Source: Desulfuromonadales bacterium
GTDB taxonomy: Bacteria; Desulfobacterota; Desulfuromonadia; Desulfuromonadales; UBA2197
Assembly (NCBI GenBank): GCA_014859605.1
Contig: JACUTW010000002.1
Coordinates: 17,711-81,710 of the forward strand
Direction of reading: 5' to 3'
Length of the DNA: 64,000 bases
Position numbers and translations under genes: made by a program
Shown: positions 39,387 through 48,911 of the stretch, piece after piece
Layout of the letters: each line of letters starts with the position of its first letter
Numbering within the stretch: position 1 is the stretch's first letter
The notes under the pieces: model-generated
What the model was told of the DNA's origin: nothing
Databases searched by the model: none
Seen by the model: the letters and a program-made list of their open reading frames with translations, nothing else

Positions 39387-39700
39387 CTGCGCAAAATTTC
39401 CGCGGCATAAGTGCTGACCGCCAGGGTCGGGGAACGCTGCATCAGACGCAACAGGTCGGCGGCGTCATCGACATCTTCCCATTCCCCGATTTCGCTATAA
39501 GGGAGTTGCTGCGCCACGCAGATGGCACGGGTTCGTTCCAGCACCGCGGCGGAGCTCCACGGTACCCCTTGGAAGAGGGACGGGTGATGGCCGCGCTCGC
39601 CGATGAGGACATAACCGCCATCGCGCGCCGGAATCGTTACGACTGCAGCCTGTTCGCCACGGTTGCGGCTCCTTGGCAAAGATCCCGACCGTTCCGGGTT
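39368..39700 (-). pseudogene. relic of a DUF2064 (TIGR04282-type) glycosyltransferase-like gene: internal deletion plus frameshift
   Basis: The N-terminal motif VGIFAKEPQP (frame of ORF 39495..39770) is followed within about 10 codons, in another frame, by the C-terminal blocks PARDGGYVLIG...LFQGVPWSSAAVLERT (ORF 39368..39679). About 100 codons of a normal family member are missing. Confidence 0.55.
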
Positions 39701-39773
39701 GTCCTGTCCACAATGAGATCGAATCGGCTGAAAAGCAGGGGTTTTCCACGTTTTTCACAGGCTTATCCACAGT

Positions 39774-40556
39774 TCAGGGTTTTTCTCCGATTTCGACCAG
39801 GGCGTAAGCGGAATGGTTGTGGATCGACTCAAAATTTTCACACTCGACCTGAAACCAGAAGATCTCCTTCACCGTCGCCAGCTTCTCGGTCAACGCCCGG
39901 ACAATATCCTCGACGAACATCGGATGATCATAAGCCTGCTCGGTCACGGCCTTTTCGTCTTCGCGTTTGAGAACCGAATAGACCGGCGAGCTGGCGCACT
40001 CTTCCAGCCAGGTGACGAGATCTTCGATCCAGACGTGGCCGTGATAGCGGATATTGACGGTAAGGAGGCTACGCTGGTTGTGGGCGCCGCGGGCGCTGAT
40101 CTCTTTCGAGCAGGGACAGAGGGAGGTCACCGGCACGCTGACGCCGAGGACGAAATCTTGCGTCTCGCCGAGGGTGCCGACCATCCGGCACTGGTACTCC
40201 ATGAGGCCGCGGGCCCCGGAGACCGGCGCCGCCTTTTCGATGAAATAGGGAAATTCGAGTTCGAGATGGGCGCGGCTCGCTTCGAGGCGATCCTTCATCT
40301 CCTGGAGGATGGCGTCGATGCGGTCGACGCTGATCTCACCGTGATAAAGGTTGAGAATCTCGACAAAGCGGCTCATGTGCGTCCCCTTGAAGTGGTGGGG
40401 GAGATCGACGTACATGTTGACGCGGGCCACGGTATGTTGATAGCTGCTGTTCCGTTCGAGAACGACGATCGGGTAGCGGATATCCTTGACCCCGACCTTG
40501 TCGATGGGGATGTTGCGCGGGTCGAAACTCTTCTGCAGATCGGGCATATTCGTCAT
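39774..40556 (-). CDS. folE2: GTP cyclohydrolase I type 2 (FolE2/MptA)
   Basis: 260 aa. KVGVKDIRYPIVV, HMSRF and CPCSKEIS motifs are typical of FolE2. Confidence 0.9.
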   Translation of the reverse strand: MTNMPDLQKSFDPRNIPIDKVGVKDIRYPIVVLERNSSYQHTVARVNMYVDLPHHFKGTHMSRFVEILNLYHGEISVDRIDAILQEMKDRLEASRAHLELEFPYFIEKAAPVSGARGLMEYQCRMVGTLGETQDFVLGVSVPVTSLCPCSKEISARGAHNQRSLLTVNIRYHGHVWIEDLVTWLEECASSPVYSVLKREDEKAVTEQAYDHPMFVEDIVRALTEKLATVKEIFWFQVECENFESIHNHSAYALVEIGEKP

Positions 40557-41983
40557 GAGTTAGCCTTTGTCATGTATCGCTGTTTGGAGCTATTAGGTTT
40601 GTCCGGGATCGTCATGATTAGCAGGCTTTTTTCAAGGAGGGGTTGAAGCACTTCGGATCGGAAATGTTCCCGATGTTTCATTCCTAAAAAAAGCTGAATT
40701 TCGCTTCGACTTCTCGCAATGCGGCAAAACTCAAGAACCAGTTCTTCTCGTTTGACTTGCTCGGTGACTTGCTCGGTGACTTGCTCGGTGACTTGCGGGG
40801 TAGCCACAAAGCTGGGAATAAAAACTGACACTCGGAATATCTGTTCTTCTTGCAGTAATGGGTCGTGACCGGCAAAGGCCTTGGCATACCGGAAAAGATT
40901 TCGCACCCCGGAGCCAAGCTCCTCGGCACGCTCCATCTCCTTGAACATTCGGGCAATGACCGGATTTTTTGGCGAGGGCGAAAAGTTCAGCGGATCGATC
41001 AATCCGCTGCCGTGAGGGTTGTTACTGTTTTCTGTGCTCACCCGGTCATGGTAAATGATCAATTTAGCCGGAAAGGGATTGAGATATTCACGGTGAATCA
41101 GCATGTTAGCAACAACTTCACGAAAAATACGGTCCCGCAGGCTGATGCGCAAATCGCCCTCCAGGTAGAAGGGATCGGCGACGTGCTTGGCCACAAACGC
41201 CATCAGGCGATCATAACTTTCGATCAAATTGGTGCGAATATCGTCGCGGTCATCGTAGCGATCGAGGTTATGTACACGCAAAATAGCATCGGTGCGGTGG
41301 TGGGGGACAACACTGAGAATCACCTCGTCCTGCCCGAAGAGCAGCACCGCTGCCATAGAGAAACCTTCCTGGCCGGTGAGGTAATCCTTCTGAAATAAAC
41401 GGGCGCTCTTGAGTAGGGACATATCATCAAGCTGCCCCCAGGGATGGTCAAAGCGTTGCAGGCGCACCAGCTTACGGACCCGTTCAATCAGGTCAGCGCG
41501 CAGATCGCCAAGTGTGACGAAAGGATAAATGCGGTTTTCGCTATAGGTGGTCTGTTTGCGCAAAAAGAGTTCTGAAACCTGTTGTGAATGGCTGGTGATA
41601 TCGAAATCACCCTCTTCGTTGCGGTCAAAGATGCGATTGTTGCAGGTGTGAACTTGAGAGCTTTCCGGCACGGAGAGGACCAGGACGATCCGCCCATCCA
41701 ACTCCACTTCTTCCGGAGCCAGATACATGGGGGGATTAATCTTTTGGCTATTATGAAGCGCCGTTACCAGGTCCGCCTTGATTCGCGCCACGGCATTCGG
41801 TTCGACACCGCAGACTGTGCCGTCATCGGCAACTCCCAGCAGTAACACTCCCCCTTGTCGGTTTAAAAAGGCGCAGATGGTTTCATAGACGTCCCGGTTC
41901 AGCTTCTCGTGGGACTGCTTGAATTCAAGCGTCAGTCCTTCTCCCTGACGAAGCAACTGTTCGAGGTGCAGGGGTGTCATCAA
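40553..41983 (-). CDS. AlbA_2 (Schlafen-like) DNA-binding domain + HATPase_c_4 ATP-binding protein with C-terminal wHTH
   Basis: [10 protein letters not shown]...[20 protein letters not shown] (AlbA_2). ANMLIHREY...[14 protein letters not shown] (HATPase_c_4-like). 4-nt overlaps with both queC and folE2. Visibly lower GC. Confidence 0.7.
   Translation of the reverse strand: MMTPLHLEQLLRQGEGLTLEFKQSHEKLNRDVYETICAFLNRQGGVLLLGVADDGTVCGVEPNAVARIKADLVTALHNSQKINPPMYLAPEEVELDGRIVLVLSVPESSQVHTCNNRIFDRNEEGDFDITSHSQQVSELFLRKQTTYSENRIYPFVTLGDLRADLIERVRKLVRLQRFDHPWGQLDDMSLLKSARLFQKDYLTGQEGFSMAAVLLFGQDEVILSVVPHHRTDAILRVHNLDRYDDRDDIRTNLIESYDRLMAFVAKHVADPFYLEGDLRISLRDRIFREVVANMLIHREYLNPFPAKLIIYHDRVSTENSNNPHGSGLIDPLNFSPSPKNPVIARMFKEMERAEELGSGVRNLFRYAKAFAGHDPLLQEEQIFRVSVFIPSFVATPQVTEQVTEQVTEQVKREELVLEFCRIARSRSEIQLFLGMKHREHFRSEVLQPLLEKSLLIMTIPDKPNSSKQRYMTKANS
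40754..40796. repeat. 12-nt tandem repeat x3.6 (GACTTGCTCGGT) inside the AlbA_2 gene, encoding (QVTE)n
   Basis: Direct reading of 40754-40796. The protein shows [15 protein letters not shown]. Confidence 0.9.
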
Positions 41984-42666
41984 TTCCGCTCAACATAGTC
42001 GATAGGATCGCGCATCCCGACTTCGGCAAAGCCCTTCAGGCGCAGGCGACAGGAATCGCAGAGGCCGCAGGCCAGACCCTCCGGGGTCGGATCATAACAA
42101 GAATGGGTGAGGCGATAATCGACGCCGAGGGCCAGGCCGCGTTTGACGATATCGGCTTTGCTTAGCAGGATGAGGGGGGCGTGAATGCGGAATTGCGCAC
42201 TCCCTTCGACCCCGGCGCGGGTGGCGAGATTTGCCATCGTTTCAAAGGCGGCGATAAATTCGGGGCGGCAGTCGGGATAGCCGGAATAATCGAGGGCGTT
42301 GACGCCGATGAAGATGTCCGCGGCGCCGAGGACTTCGGCCCAGCCGAGGGCAAAGGACAAAAAGACCGAGTTGCGGGCCGGGACATAAGTGCTCGGAATG
42401 CTGTCAGCGACTACGCCATCCTTGGGGACTGCCTGCTCGGTGGTCAGCGAGCTGCCGCCGATCAGGCGATAATCAAAATCGATGACAAGATGTTCGCGGG
42501 CGCCGACCCGGGTCGCATTCTCCCGCGCCTTGTCGAGTTCGATCGCATGGCGCTGCCCATAAGAAAAACTCAGGGCGTAGGGGATAAAGCCTGCTTCCCG
42601 GGCGATGGCCATACAGGTGGTCGAATCGAGCCCTCCGCTGTAGAGGACGACGGCTTTACGTTCCAT
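41980..42666 (-). CDS. queC: 7-cyano-7-deazaguanine synthase
   Basis: [16 protein letters not shown]-loop. C-terminal Zn Cys cluster (C..C..C..C: SCYDP...ACGLCDSC). Confidence 0.9.
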   Translation of the reverse strand: MERKAVVLYSGGLDSTTCMAIAREAGFIPYALSFSYGQRHAIELDKARENATRVGAREHLVIDFDYRLIGGSSLTTEQAVPKDGVVADSIPSTYVPARNSVFLSFALGWAEVLGAADIFIGVNALDYSGYPDCRPEFIAAFETMANLATRAGVEGSAQFRIHAPLILLSKADIVKRGLALGVDYRLTHSCYDPTPEGLACGLCDSCRLRLKGFAEVGMRDPIDYVERN

Positions 42667-42686
42667 GGGGGATAAACTTTCTCTGG

Positions 42687-43013
42687 CTAACGATGGTGAT
42701 AGTTGCCGCGCCGCTCGCGATGGCTGCTGTCCGGTTCGTTGTGACAGCGGAAGCAGCGCTCATCCGAGAGGAGCTGCTGTTCGACCGGCGATGTTTCGGC
42801 AGGGAGGACCGATTCGTGCTGTTGCCAGGGCGGCTTGCCATCTTGCCCCGTCAACTGCACCGGAACGATGGTGGCGCGCCAATTGGCGCTGATTGCAACA
42901 GTATGACAGCGATCACAGCCGCCGGGCGGCGGGATCGCTGTCCAGGAACGGAACATGGCGCAGCCACTCAAGACAGCAACCAGCAAAATTACAGTAAATA
43001 GAAATACTTTCAT
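42687..43013 (-). CDS. small dihaem c-type cytochrome lipoprotein
   Basis: Start preferred at ATG 43013 ([18 protein letters not shown] lipobox). Two CXXCH motifs (CDRCH, CFRCH). 108 aa. Confidence 0.7.
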   Translation of the reverse strand: MKVFLFTVILLVAVLSGCAMFRSWTAIPPPGGCDRCHTVAISANWRATIVPVQLTGQDGKPPWQQHESVLPAETSPVEQQLLSDERCFRCHNEPDSSHRERRGNYHHR

Positions 43014-43148
43014 GCTTTTCTCCTTTTCCAGACAACCACTTGGTCTTGTATAGCACAGCGGGCGGCATGAGGAAAACCGTAAAACCATTGCTGAAAAACT
43101 TCACTTGTTGCTAGAATGCGCTCTTTCTTTTACTTTTCTGGAGTTTTC

Positions 43149-45548
43149 ATGACACGTCCGTTCAAAATTGCCAAGCTGGTCAAGATTATCCTCATTGTTT
43201 TTGCCCTGCTGATAAGTCTCGTGGCGCTTTCTGTGGTCGGAGCTTATTTCTATATCGACAGCACCCTTCCCAGGGTCGAGACGCTGGCCGACTACCGCCC
43301 GCCGATAGTGACCCGGGTCTTTGCCGATGACGGGACGCAGATTGCCGAATTTTCAAAGGAAAGACGAATCCTTGTCCCGGTCTCCCGGCTGCCGAAGCAG
43401 CTGATTCAGGCCTTTGTCGCTGCGGAAGATGCAAATTTTTACCAGCATTCCGGGATCGATTTTATTTCGATTCTGCGCGCGTCGATCAAGAATATCATGG
43501 CCGGCGGCATTGTGCAGGGGGGGAGTACGATCACTCAGCAGGTGACCAAGGGGCTGCTCCTGACCCCGGAGAAGAAGTTTTCCCGCAAATTCAAGGAAGC
43601 CATCCTTTCCTGGCGGATCGAAAATGCCCTGACCAAAGAGGACATTCTTTATCTTTATCTCAACCAGATCTTCCTCGGGCACGGGTCTTACGGGGTCCAG
43701 GCGGCGGCAGAGAACTACTTTGACAAGAACGTTGAAGATTTGACCCTCGCTGAATGTGCTCTCCTTGCCGGTTTGCCGCAGGCGCCGAGTCGTTATTCTC
43801 CTTACCATAACCTCGCCAAGGCGCAGGAACGGCAGAAATACGTGCTCAGCCGGATGGTCGAGGAAAAGTATATCACCCGCGCCGTCGCCGACAAGGCGCA
43901 GGCGGAGAAGTTGACGATTCATCCCCGCGTCAACAGCCATGCCATCGGTGCCTCTTATTTTGTCGAACAGATTCGCCGTTATCTCGAAGAGACTTACGGG
44001 GCCGAAGCCCTGTACGCCGAAGGGCTGCAGGTTTACACGACGATGAATCTGGAGATGCAGCAGGCGGCGCAGGTCGCGGTCCAGGAGAACCTGCTGGCCC
44101 ATGACCGGCGCCGGGGTTATCGCGGTCCGCTTCAGGTCCTGACGGTGGAAGAGGAAGAAGCTTTTTACGCGGAGCAGGAGAAGTCGCTGGCGGCGACGAC
44201 CGTCAAGGTTGGCGATCAGCTCCAGGCGGTCGTCAGCGAGGTGACAGGACGATCGATCAAGGCCAGGATCGGCAAGCATGACGTGGAAATCGCCTTGAAA
44301 GATGCCGCCTGGGCTTCGCCGATCCTCGGGGTACGGCGTTCGGCCGCGGCCGCCGGCAATGCCACCGGCCGTGCAACGCTGCTGCCGCCGGGTGCGGTCA
44401 TCCTTGTCCGGGTTGTGGAGATCGATAAAGAGCGTTGGAAGTTGGCCCTGCACCAGGAACCGTTAGCGGAAGGAGCTTTGGTGGCGATCGATCCCGAGCG
44501 CGGCTGGGTCAAGGCGCTGGTCGGCGGTTATGACTTTAAGCGCAGTCAGTTCAATCGGGCCGTACAGGCGCGCCGCCTCCCCGGTTCGGCGATCAAGCCG
44601 ATCATCTATGCCGCGGCCATCGACAAGGGCTATATGCCGACTTCCATCTTTCTCGATGCCCCTCTGGTCTTTAACAGCCATAATCCTGCCGGAGAGTTCG
44701 TTTCGTGGAAGCCGCAAAATTATTCCCATAAATACGCAGGACCGACTTCGATGCGGCGGGCGCTCAGTGCTTCCAACAATATCGTGACGATCCGTATTCT
44801 TGAAGCGATCGGCATCGACTATGCGACCGCTTACGCTCGTGCCCTCGGCATAGAGTCGCCGATCGCCCGCGATCTCACCTTTGCGCTTGGCTCCTCGGCG
44901 ATTACGCCGTTGGAGCTGACTTCGGCCTACAGTGTCTTTGCCAGTGGCGGGATCCGGCAAAAGCCGGTTTATATCAGCAAGGTTGTCGATCGCGACGGGC
45001 GCATTCTCGAATCGATCGATCCGGCCGACGCCCTGACCTCAACGGCGACGATTCATCCCCAGACCGCGGAGCGGGTGATGACGCCGGAGAGCGCTTATCT
45101 GATTACCAACATGATGGAGAGCGTGGTGCGGGAAGGGACGGGGGGACGCGCCCTCGGTCTTGCCCGGCCGGTGGCCGGCAAGACCGGAACGACGAACGAG
45201 CTCAAGGATGCCTGGTTTGCTGGCTTTGTGCCGCAGCTCGTCGCGGTTGCCTGGATCGGCTATGATCAGGAAAAGACCCTGGGCGCAGGTGAGACCGGTG
45301 CGCAAGCGGCTCTCCCCGGCTGGGTCACTTTTATGGCGCAGGCGACACGCAATATGGAACCGCTCCCCTTTACGATTCCCGATACTATCGAGTTTCATAA
45401 TATCGACCCGACTACCGGCCTTTTGGCCCCGGATAGTGGCGACCTCAATATCGAAGCTTTCGCCCCCGGCACCGCGCCGACCGAGACTTCAGAGGAAGCG
45501 CAACGCCCCAAGGCCCGGGATTTCAATCGCATGGATCTCGATGAGTAA
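43149..45548 (+). CDS. mrcA: penicillin-binding protein 1A (bifunctional transglycosylase/transpeptidase)
   Basis: GT51 motifs (AAEDANFYQHSGID, GGSTITQQ, RKFKE). Transpeptidase SAIKP, SASN, KTGTT. GGAG lies 5 nt before ATG 43149. Confidence 0.9.
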   Translation: MTRPFKIAKLVKIILIVFALLISLVALSVVGAYFYIDSTLPRVETLADYRPPIVTRVFADDGTQIAEFSKERRILVPVSRLPKQLIQAFVAAEDANFYQHSGIDFISILRASIKNIMAGGIVQGGSTITQQVTKGLLLTPEKKFSRKFKEAILSWRIENALTKEDILYLYLNQIFLGHGSYGVQAAAENYFDKNVEDLTLAECALLAGLPQAPSRYSPYHNLAKAQERQKYVLSRMVEEKYITRAVADKAQAEKLTIHPRVNSHAIGASYFVEQIRRYLEETYGAEALYAEGLQVYTTMNLEMQQAAQVAVQENLLAHDRRRGYRGPLQVLTVEEEEAFYAEQEKSLAATTVKVGDQLQAVVSEVTGRSIKARIGKHDVEIALKDAAWASPILGVRRSAAAAGNATGRATLLPPGAVILVRVVEIDKERWKLALHQEPLAEGALVAIDPERGWVKALVGGYDFKRSQFNRAVQARRLPGSAIKPIIYAAAIDKGYMPTSIFLDAPLVFNSHNPAGEFVSWKPQNYSHKYAGPTSMRRALSASNNIVTIRILEAIGIDYATAYARALGIESPIARDLTFALGSSAITPLELTSAYSVFASGGIRQKPVYISKVVDRDGRILESIDPADALTSTATIHPQTAERVMTPESAYLITNMMESVVREGTGGRALGLARPVAGKTGTTNELKDAWFAGFVPQLVAVAWIGYDQEKTLGAGETGAQAALPGWVTFMAQATRNMEPLPFTIPDTIEFHNIDPTTGLLAPDSGDLNIEAFAPGTAPTETSEEAQRPKARDFNRMDLDE

Positions 45549-45576
45549 CTGATCCCCACCGCCATTATGAGCAAAT

Positions 45577-45613
45577 GAGCCCGCTGCCGGCAATGGTAGT
45601 GGGCTCTTTGCTT
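45577..45613 (+). terminator. probable terminator after mrcA
   Basis: GAGCCCGCT...AGTGGGCTC stem (one mismatch) followed by TTTGCTTTT. Confidence 0.45.
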
Positions 45614-46264
45614 TTAGCGACTTTTTGTGACCCCTTGACGGGGACATAAAGCGAAGATCGGGCAGGTCGAGCAATCCGGGGTCGGGGCTTTACAGAAGGC
45701 CCGACCATGAGCGATGAGAAGGTGGCTGGTGGTGATCCAGTAGCGGCGCGGCAGCAACTCCGCAAGCTCGGTCTCGATGCGGTCAGGATCTCTGGCGGTC
45801 GTCCAGCCGAAGCGCTGCGCCAGGCGGCTGACGTGGGTATCGACGACCATCGCCGGAATTTGGAAGGCGGTGCCGAGGATGACGTTGGCGGTCTTGCGTC
45901 CGACGCCGGGGAGGGAGATCAACTCGCGAAGGGTGGCTGGGACCTTGCCGTGGTGGTGCTGCATCAGCCCTTGCGCACAGCCGATGAGGTGGCGGGCCTT
46001 GGCATGGTAAAAGCCGGTGGAACGGATCAATTCTTCGACCTCGCTGAGCTCCGCCTGACTGAGGTTGGCGGTATCGGGGTAGCGGGTAAAGAGGCTGGGG
46101 GTGACGAGATTGACGCGCCGATCGGTACACTGGGCGGAAAGGATGGTGGCAATGAGGAGCTCAAAGGGGGAGCGATGCGCCAGAGAACACTCGGCGGCCG
46201 GATAAACTTCTGCCAGGCGGTCAAGGAGGGTGGTCGGAGCCCGGGTTAAAGCGGGGGATTTCAC
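45614..46264 (-). CDS. nth: endonuclease III
   Basis: HhH-GPD (LPGVGRKTANVIL) and 4Fe-4S loop CKAPTPDCSTCPIFALC (C-x6-C-x2-C-x5-C). GTG at 46264 lies 1 nt after the hypE stop. The longer table ORF (to 46633) overlaps hypE and is rejected. Confidence 0.85.
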   Translation of the reverse strand: MKSPALTRAPTTLLDRLAEVYPAAECSLAHRSPFELLIATILSAQCTDRRVNLVTPSLFTRYPDTANLSQAELSEVEELIRSTGFYHAKARHLIGCAQGLMQHHHGKVPATLRELISLPGVGRKTANVILGTAFQIPAMVVDTHVSRLAQRFGWTTARDPDRIETELAELLPRRYWITTSHLLIAHGRAFCKAPTPDCSTCPIFALCPRQGVTKSR

Positions 46265-46265
46265 C

Positions 46266-47282
46266 TTAGCAGATCCGCGGCAGCTGTTCGCCGGCGAGCA
46301 TTTCGACGCCGCGGCGTCCGCCGATGGCGGTACGCATGAAGACTTTTCCCGGCGCCGTGGCAGCGACCACACCGATCGCCGCCGCCTGGATTCCTTCGGG
46401 ATGCCGGCGCATGATCGCCAGGGCAGCTTCGGCGCATTCCGGGGCAACGATGGCGAGGAGTTTCCCTTCGTTGGCGACAAAGAGGGGGTCGAGGCCGAGA
46501 ATGGCGCAGGCGCCGGCGACAGCAGCATCGACGGGGAGAACGGCTTCGTCAAGGGTGATGTCAATCTGCGATTGCAGGGCGATCTCTTTGAGGGTGGTGG
46601 CGATGCCGCCGCGGGTCGGATCGCGCAAAACATGAAGTCCGCTCCCGATGGTCTGGATCAATTCGGCAACAATATGGTTGAGGGCGGCACTGTCACTGCG
46701 GATTTCGGAGGCGAGGTCGAGCCCTTCGCGACTGGCCAAAACCGCCATGCCGTGATCGCCGATGCTGCCGTTGATCAGGACAACATCACCGGGTTGGGCG
46801 TTGTTGCCGCGAATGTCGTAGTCATGGTCGATGACGCCGATCCCGGCGGTATTGATAAAGAGTTTGTCCCCTTTGCCGCGCGGCACGACCTTGGTGTCGC
46901 CGGTGACGATCTTGACTCCGGCCTGATCGGCGGCGCGGCGCATCTCAACGAGAATCCGCCGCAGATCGTTGACGGGCAGCCCTTCTTCGATGATCAGGCC
47001 GACGCTCAGCCACTGCGGCCGGGCGCCGACCATGGCGAGGTCGTTGACCGTGCCGTTCACCGCCAGATCGCCGATGCAGCCGCCGGGAAAGAAGAGGGGG
47101 TCAACAACGTAGCTGTCGGTGGTGAAGGCGAGGCGTCCCTTCACCGGCGGCAGGATGGCAGCGTCGTTCTGGTCCTGACCCGCCACCCCGGAGAGGGTCG
47201 GGATGATGACTTCGTCGAGGAGCTGGTGGCTGAGTTTGCCGCCACTGCCGTGGCCGAGGAGGATGACATCTGTTTTTAGCAA
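46266..47282 (-). CDS. hypE: hydrogenase maturation carbamoyl dehydratase HypE
   Basis: ILLGHGSGG N-terminus, AIR-synthase-like fold, C-terminal PRIC motif. TTG at 47282 is preceded by GGAG (7-nt spacer); the table start is 47312. Confidence 0.9.
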   Translation of the reverse strand: MLKTDVILLGHGSGGKLSHQLLDEVIIPTLSGVAGQDQNDAAILPPVKGRLAFTTDSYVVDPLFFPGGCIGDLAVNGTVNDLAMVGARPQWLSVGLIIEEGLPVNDLRRILVEMRRAADQAGVKIVTGDTKVVPRGKGDKLFINTAGIGVIDHDYDIRGNNAQPGDVVLINGSIGDHGMAVLASREGLDLASEIRSDSAALNHIVAELIQTIGSGLHVLRDPTRGGIATTLKEIALQSQIDITLDEAVLPVDAAVAGACAILGLDPLFVANEGKLLAIVAPECAEAALAIMRRHPEGIQAAAIGVVAATAPGKVFMRTAIGGRRGVEMLAGEQLPRIC

Positions 47283-47446
47283 GAGGGAACTCCATAGTCG
47301 AGAGAGAATCAAACTGCAAAAGGGCGTTCCACACGGATTTGACGGATGAAACGGATAAAAGCAGATAAATCCAGACAGCAGCTTTTGGAGCTGTTTGAAA
47401 ATTCGTCAAATCAGATTTCATCCCTGTGCGGCCATGCTTTTACACG

Positions 47447-48544
47447 TCAATCGTGATCGCCGTATTTGTAGGCGGCGGCGCAGGTCCCTTCGCTGGAGAC
47501 CATGCAGGCGCCGACCGGATCCTGCGGCGTGCAGCGCCGGGCAAAGAGGGGGCACTCCGGCGGCGTGATCTTCCCTTTGAGGATGTCGCCGCAGCGGCAA
47601 CCGGCCGGTTCGATCGACTCCTCCACCGTCACTGGTAATTGCACTGCCGCATCGAAGGCCGCGAACTCGGGGCGGAAATCGAGGCCGGAGTCCGGGATGA
47701 TGCCGATCCCCCGCCAGCGCGCGTCGCCCGTGGTAAAGACCCGCTCAAGGAGTTGCTGCGCCTTGCGATTCCCTTTCTGGCGCACCAGGCGGCGGTATTC
47801 AATCTCGACCTCGGCTCTGCAGGCAAGGATCTGGCGGCCAAGCATTTTGATGCCGAGCAGGACATCGAGGGGTTCAAAACCGGTGACGACACAAGGGATG
47901 CGGCAGTTCGCGACCAGCGGCTGGTAGGCATCGGCGCCGATCACCGCGCTGACGTGGGCCGGGGCAAGAAAGCCGCTGACCTGTAGTTCGGGATCGGCCG
48001 CCAGAACCTGCATCGGTGTCGGCATGGTCTTGTGGGCGCCGAGGACAAAAAAGTTGTTCAAGCCGCGGCGCTGCGCTTCCAGGATCGATCCGGCAATGGT
48101 TGGAGCGGTGGTTTCAAAGCCGATGCCGAGAAAGACGATAGCGACCTGGGGATTCTTTTCGGCGAGAGCCACGGCATCGAGGGGGGAGTAGACGATGCGC
48201 ACATCGCCGCCCTGCGCCTTTTCCCGCAACAGGTTGCTGGATGAGCCGGGGACGCGCATCATGTCGCCAAAGGTGGCGATGATCGTTTGCGGGCGCCGGG
48301 CGAGGGCGATGGCATGATCGACATAATCGATCGGCGTAACACAGACCGGACAGCCGGGCCCGGAGATGAGGCGGATCTGCGGCGGCATCAGCGTGCGGAT
48401 GCCGTGCTGATGAATCGCCATGGTATGGGTGCCGCAAACCTCCATCAGTGTCATGATTCCCGCATAGTCGGCAACCAGTTCAGTAATTTCGGCAACGAGT
48501 TTGCCGGCAATGACCGGATCGCGATATTCGCTGCTGTGTTTCAT
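47447..48544 (-). CDS. hypD: hydrogenase maturation protein HypD
   Basis: 365 aa. EYRDP, CGTHTMAI, GPGCPVCVTP and C-terminal Cys cluster are typical of HypD. Confidence 0.9.
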   Translation of the reverse strand: MKHSSEYRDPVIAGKLVAEITELVADYAGIMTLMEVCGTHTMAIHQHGIRTLMPPQIRLISGPGCPVCVTPIDYVDHAIALARRPQTIIATFGDMMRVPGSSSNLLREKAQGGDVRIVYSPLDAVALAEKNPQVAIVFLGIGFETTAPTIAGSILEAQRRGLNNFFVLGAHKTMPTPMQVLAADPELQVSGFLAPAHVSAVIGADAYQPLVANCRIPCVVTGFEPLDVLLGIKMLGRQILACRAEVEIEYRRLVRQKGNRKAQQLLERVFTTGDARWRGIGIIPDSGLDFRPEFAAFDAAVQLPVTVEESIEPAGCRCGDILKGKITPPECPLFARRCTPQDPVGACMVSSEGTCAAAYKYGDHD

Positions 48545-48771
48545 TCCGGCAGGAGTCCCTGATCGAGAACTTCGCGCATCATCCGCAGCGTCTCTTCGGC
48601 TTCGTCCTCATCGATCTTCTCGATGGCAAAACCGGCATGAATGAGGACATAATCGTTGACTTCGATGCCATCGACCATCATCAGACTCGCCTCGCGGCGC
48701 ACCCCGTCAATTTCACAGATGGCGACCTCTCCCTCGATGGTCATAACCCGCATCGGTACAGCCAGACACAT
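48541..48771 (-). CDS. hypC: hydrogenase assembly chaperone HypC
   Basis: 76 aa starting MCLAVPMRV, the invariant N-terminal Cys of HypC/HupF. 4-nt overlap with hypD. Confidence 0.85.
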   Translation of the reverse strand: MCLAVPMRVMTIEGEVAICEIDGVRREASLMMVDGIEVNDYVLIHAGFAIEKIDEDEAEETLRMMREVLDQGLLPE

Positions 48772-48911
48772 AACTTATCTCCATCTCTTATTGGCACTGC
48801 CCGCGTGAAAACTTTGCGCGGACAGGCTGGATTGCGGTATAAAAAGAACTTTTGAAACACAAGAGAAGCGCATTATCGGCAGGTAGCAGCAGCAAGTCAA
48901 CAGGCGGATCG

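Noticed and set aside
39774-42666. Dpd-like 7-deazaguanine DNA-modification/restriction cluster.
   Set aside because: Only folE2 and queC are present. There is no DpdA/TgtA5-like transglycosylase, no queD/queE, and no helicase or nuclease genes. Reported only as an unusual insertion, not as a Dpd system.
46265-46633. N-terminal 123-aa extension of the endonuclease III ORF (table ORF 45614..46633).
   Set aside because: The extension overlaps the 3' third of hypE in another frame, is Pro/Ser/Ala-rich, and is not part of Nth proteins. A GTG at 46264 gives a normal 217-aa Nth.
25653-47279. Other long shadow ORFs: 25653..26555 (vs polA), 32966..34360, 34600..36054, 36139..37416, 39813..40646, 43353..44453, 46230..47279.
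   Set aside because: Same reasoning. The opposite strand carries motif-rich, full-length known enzymes, and these frames are open only because of GC-rich codon bias.
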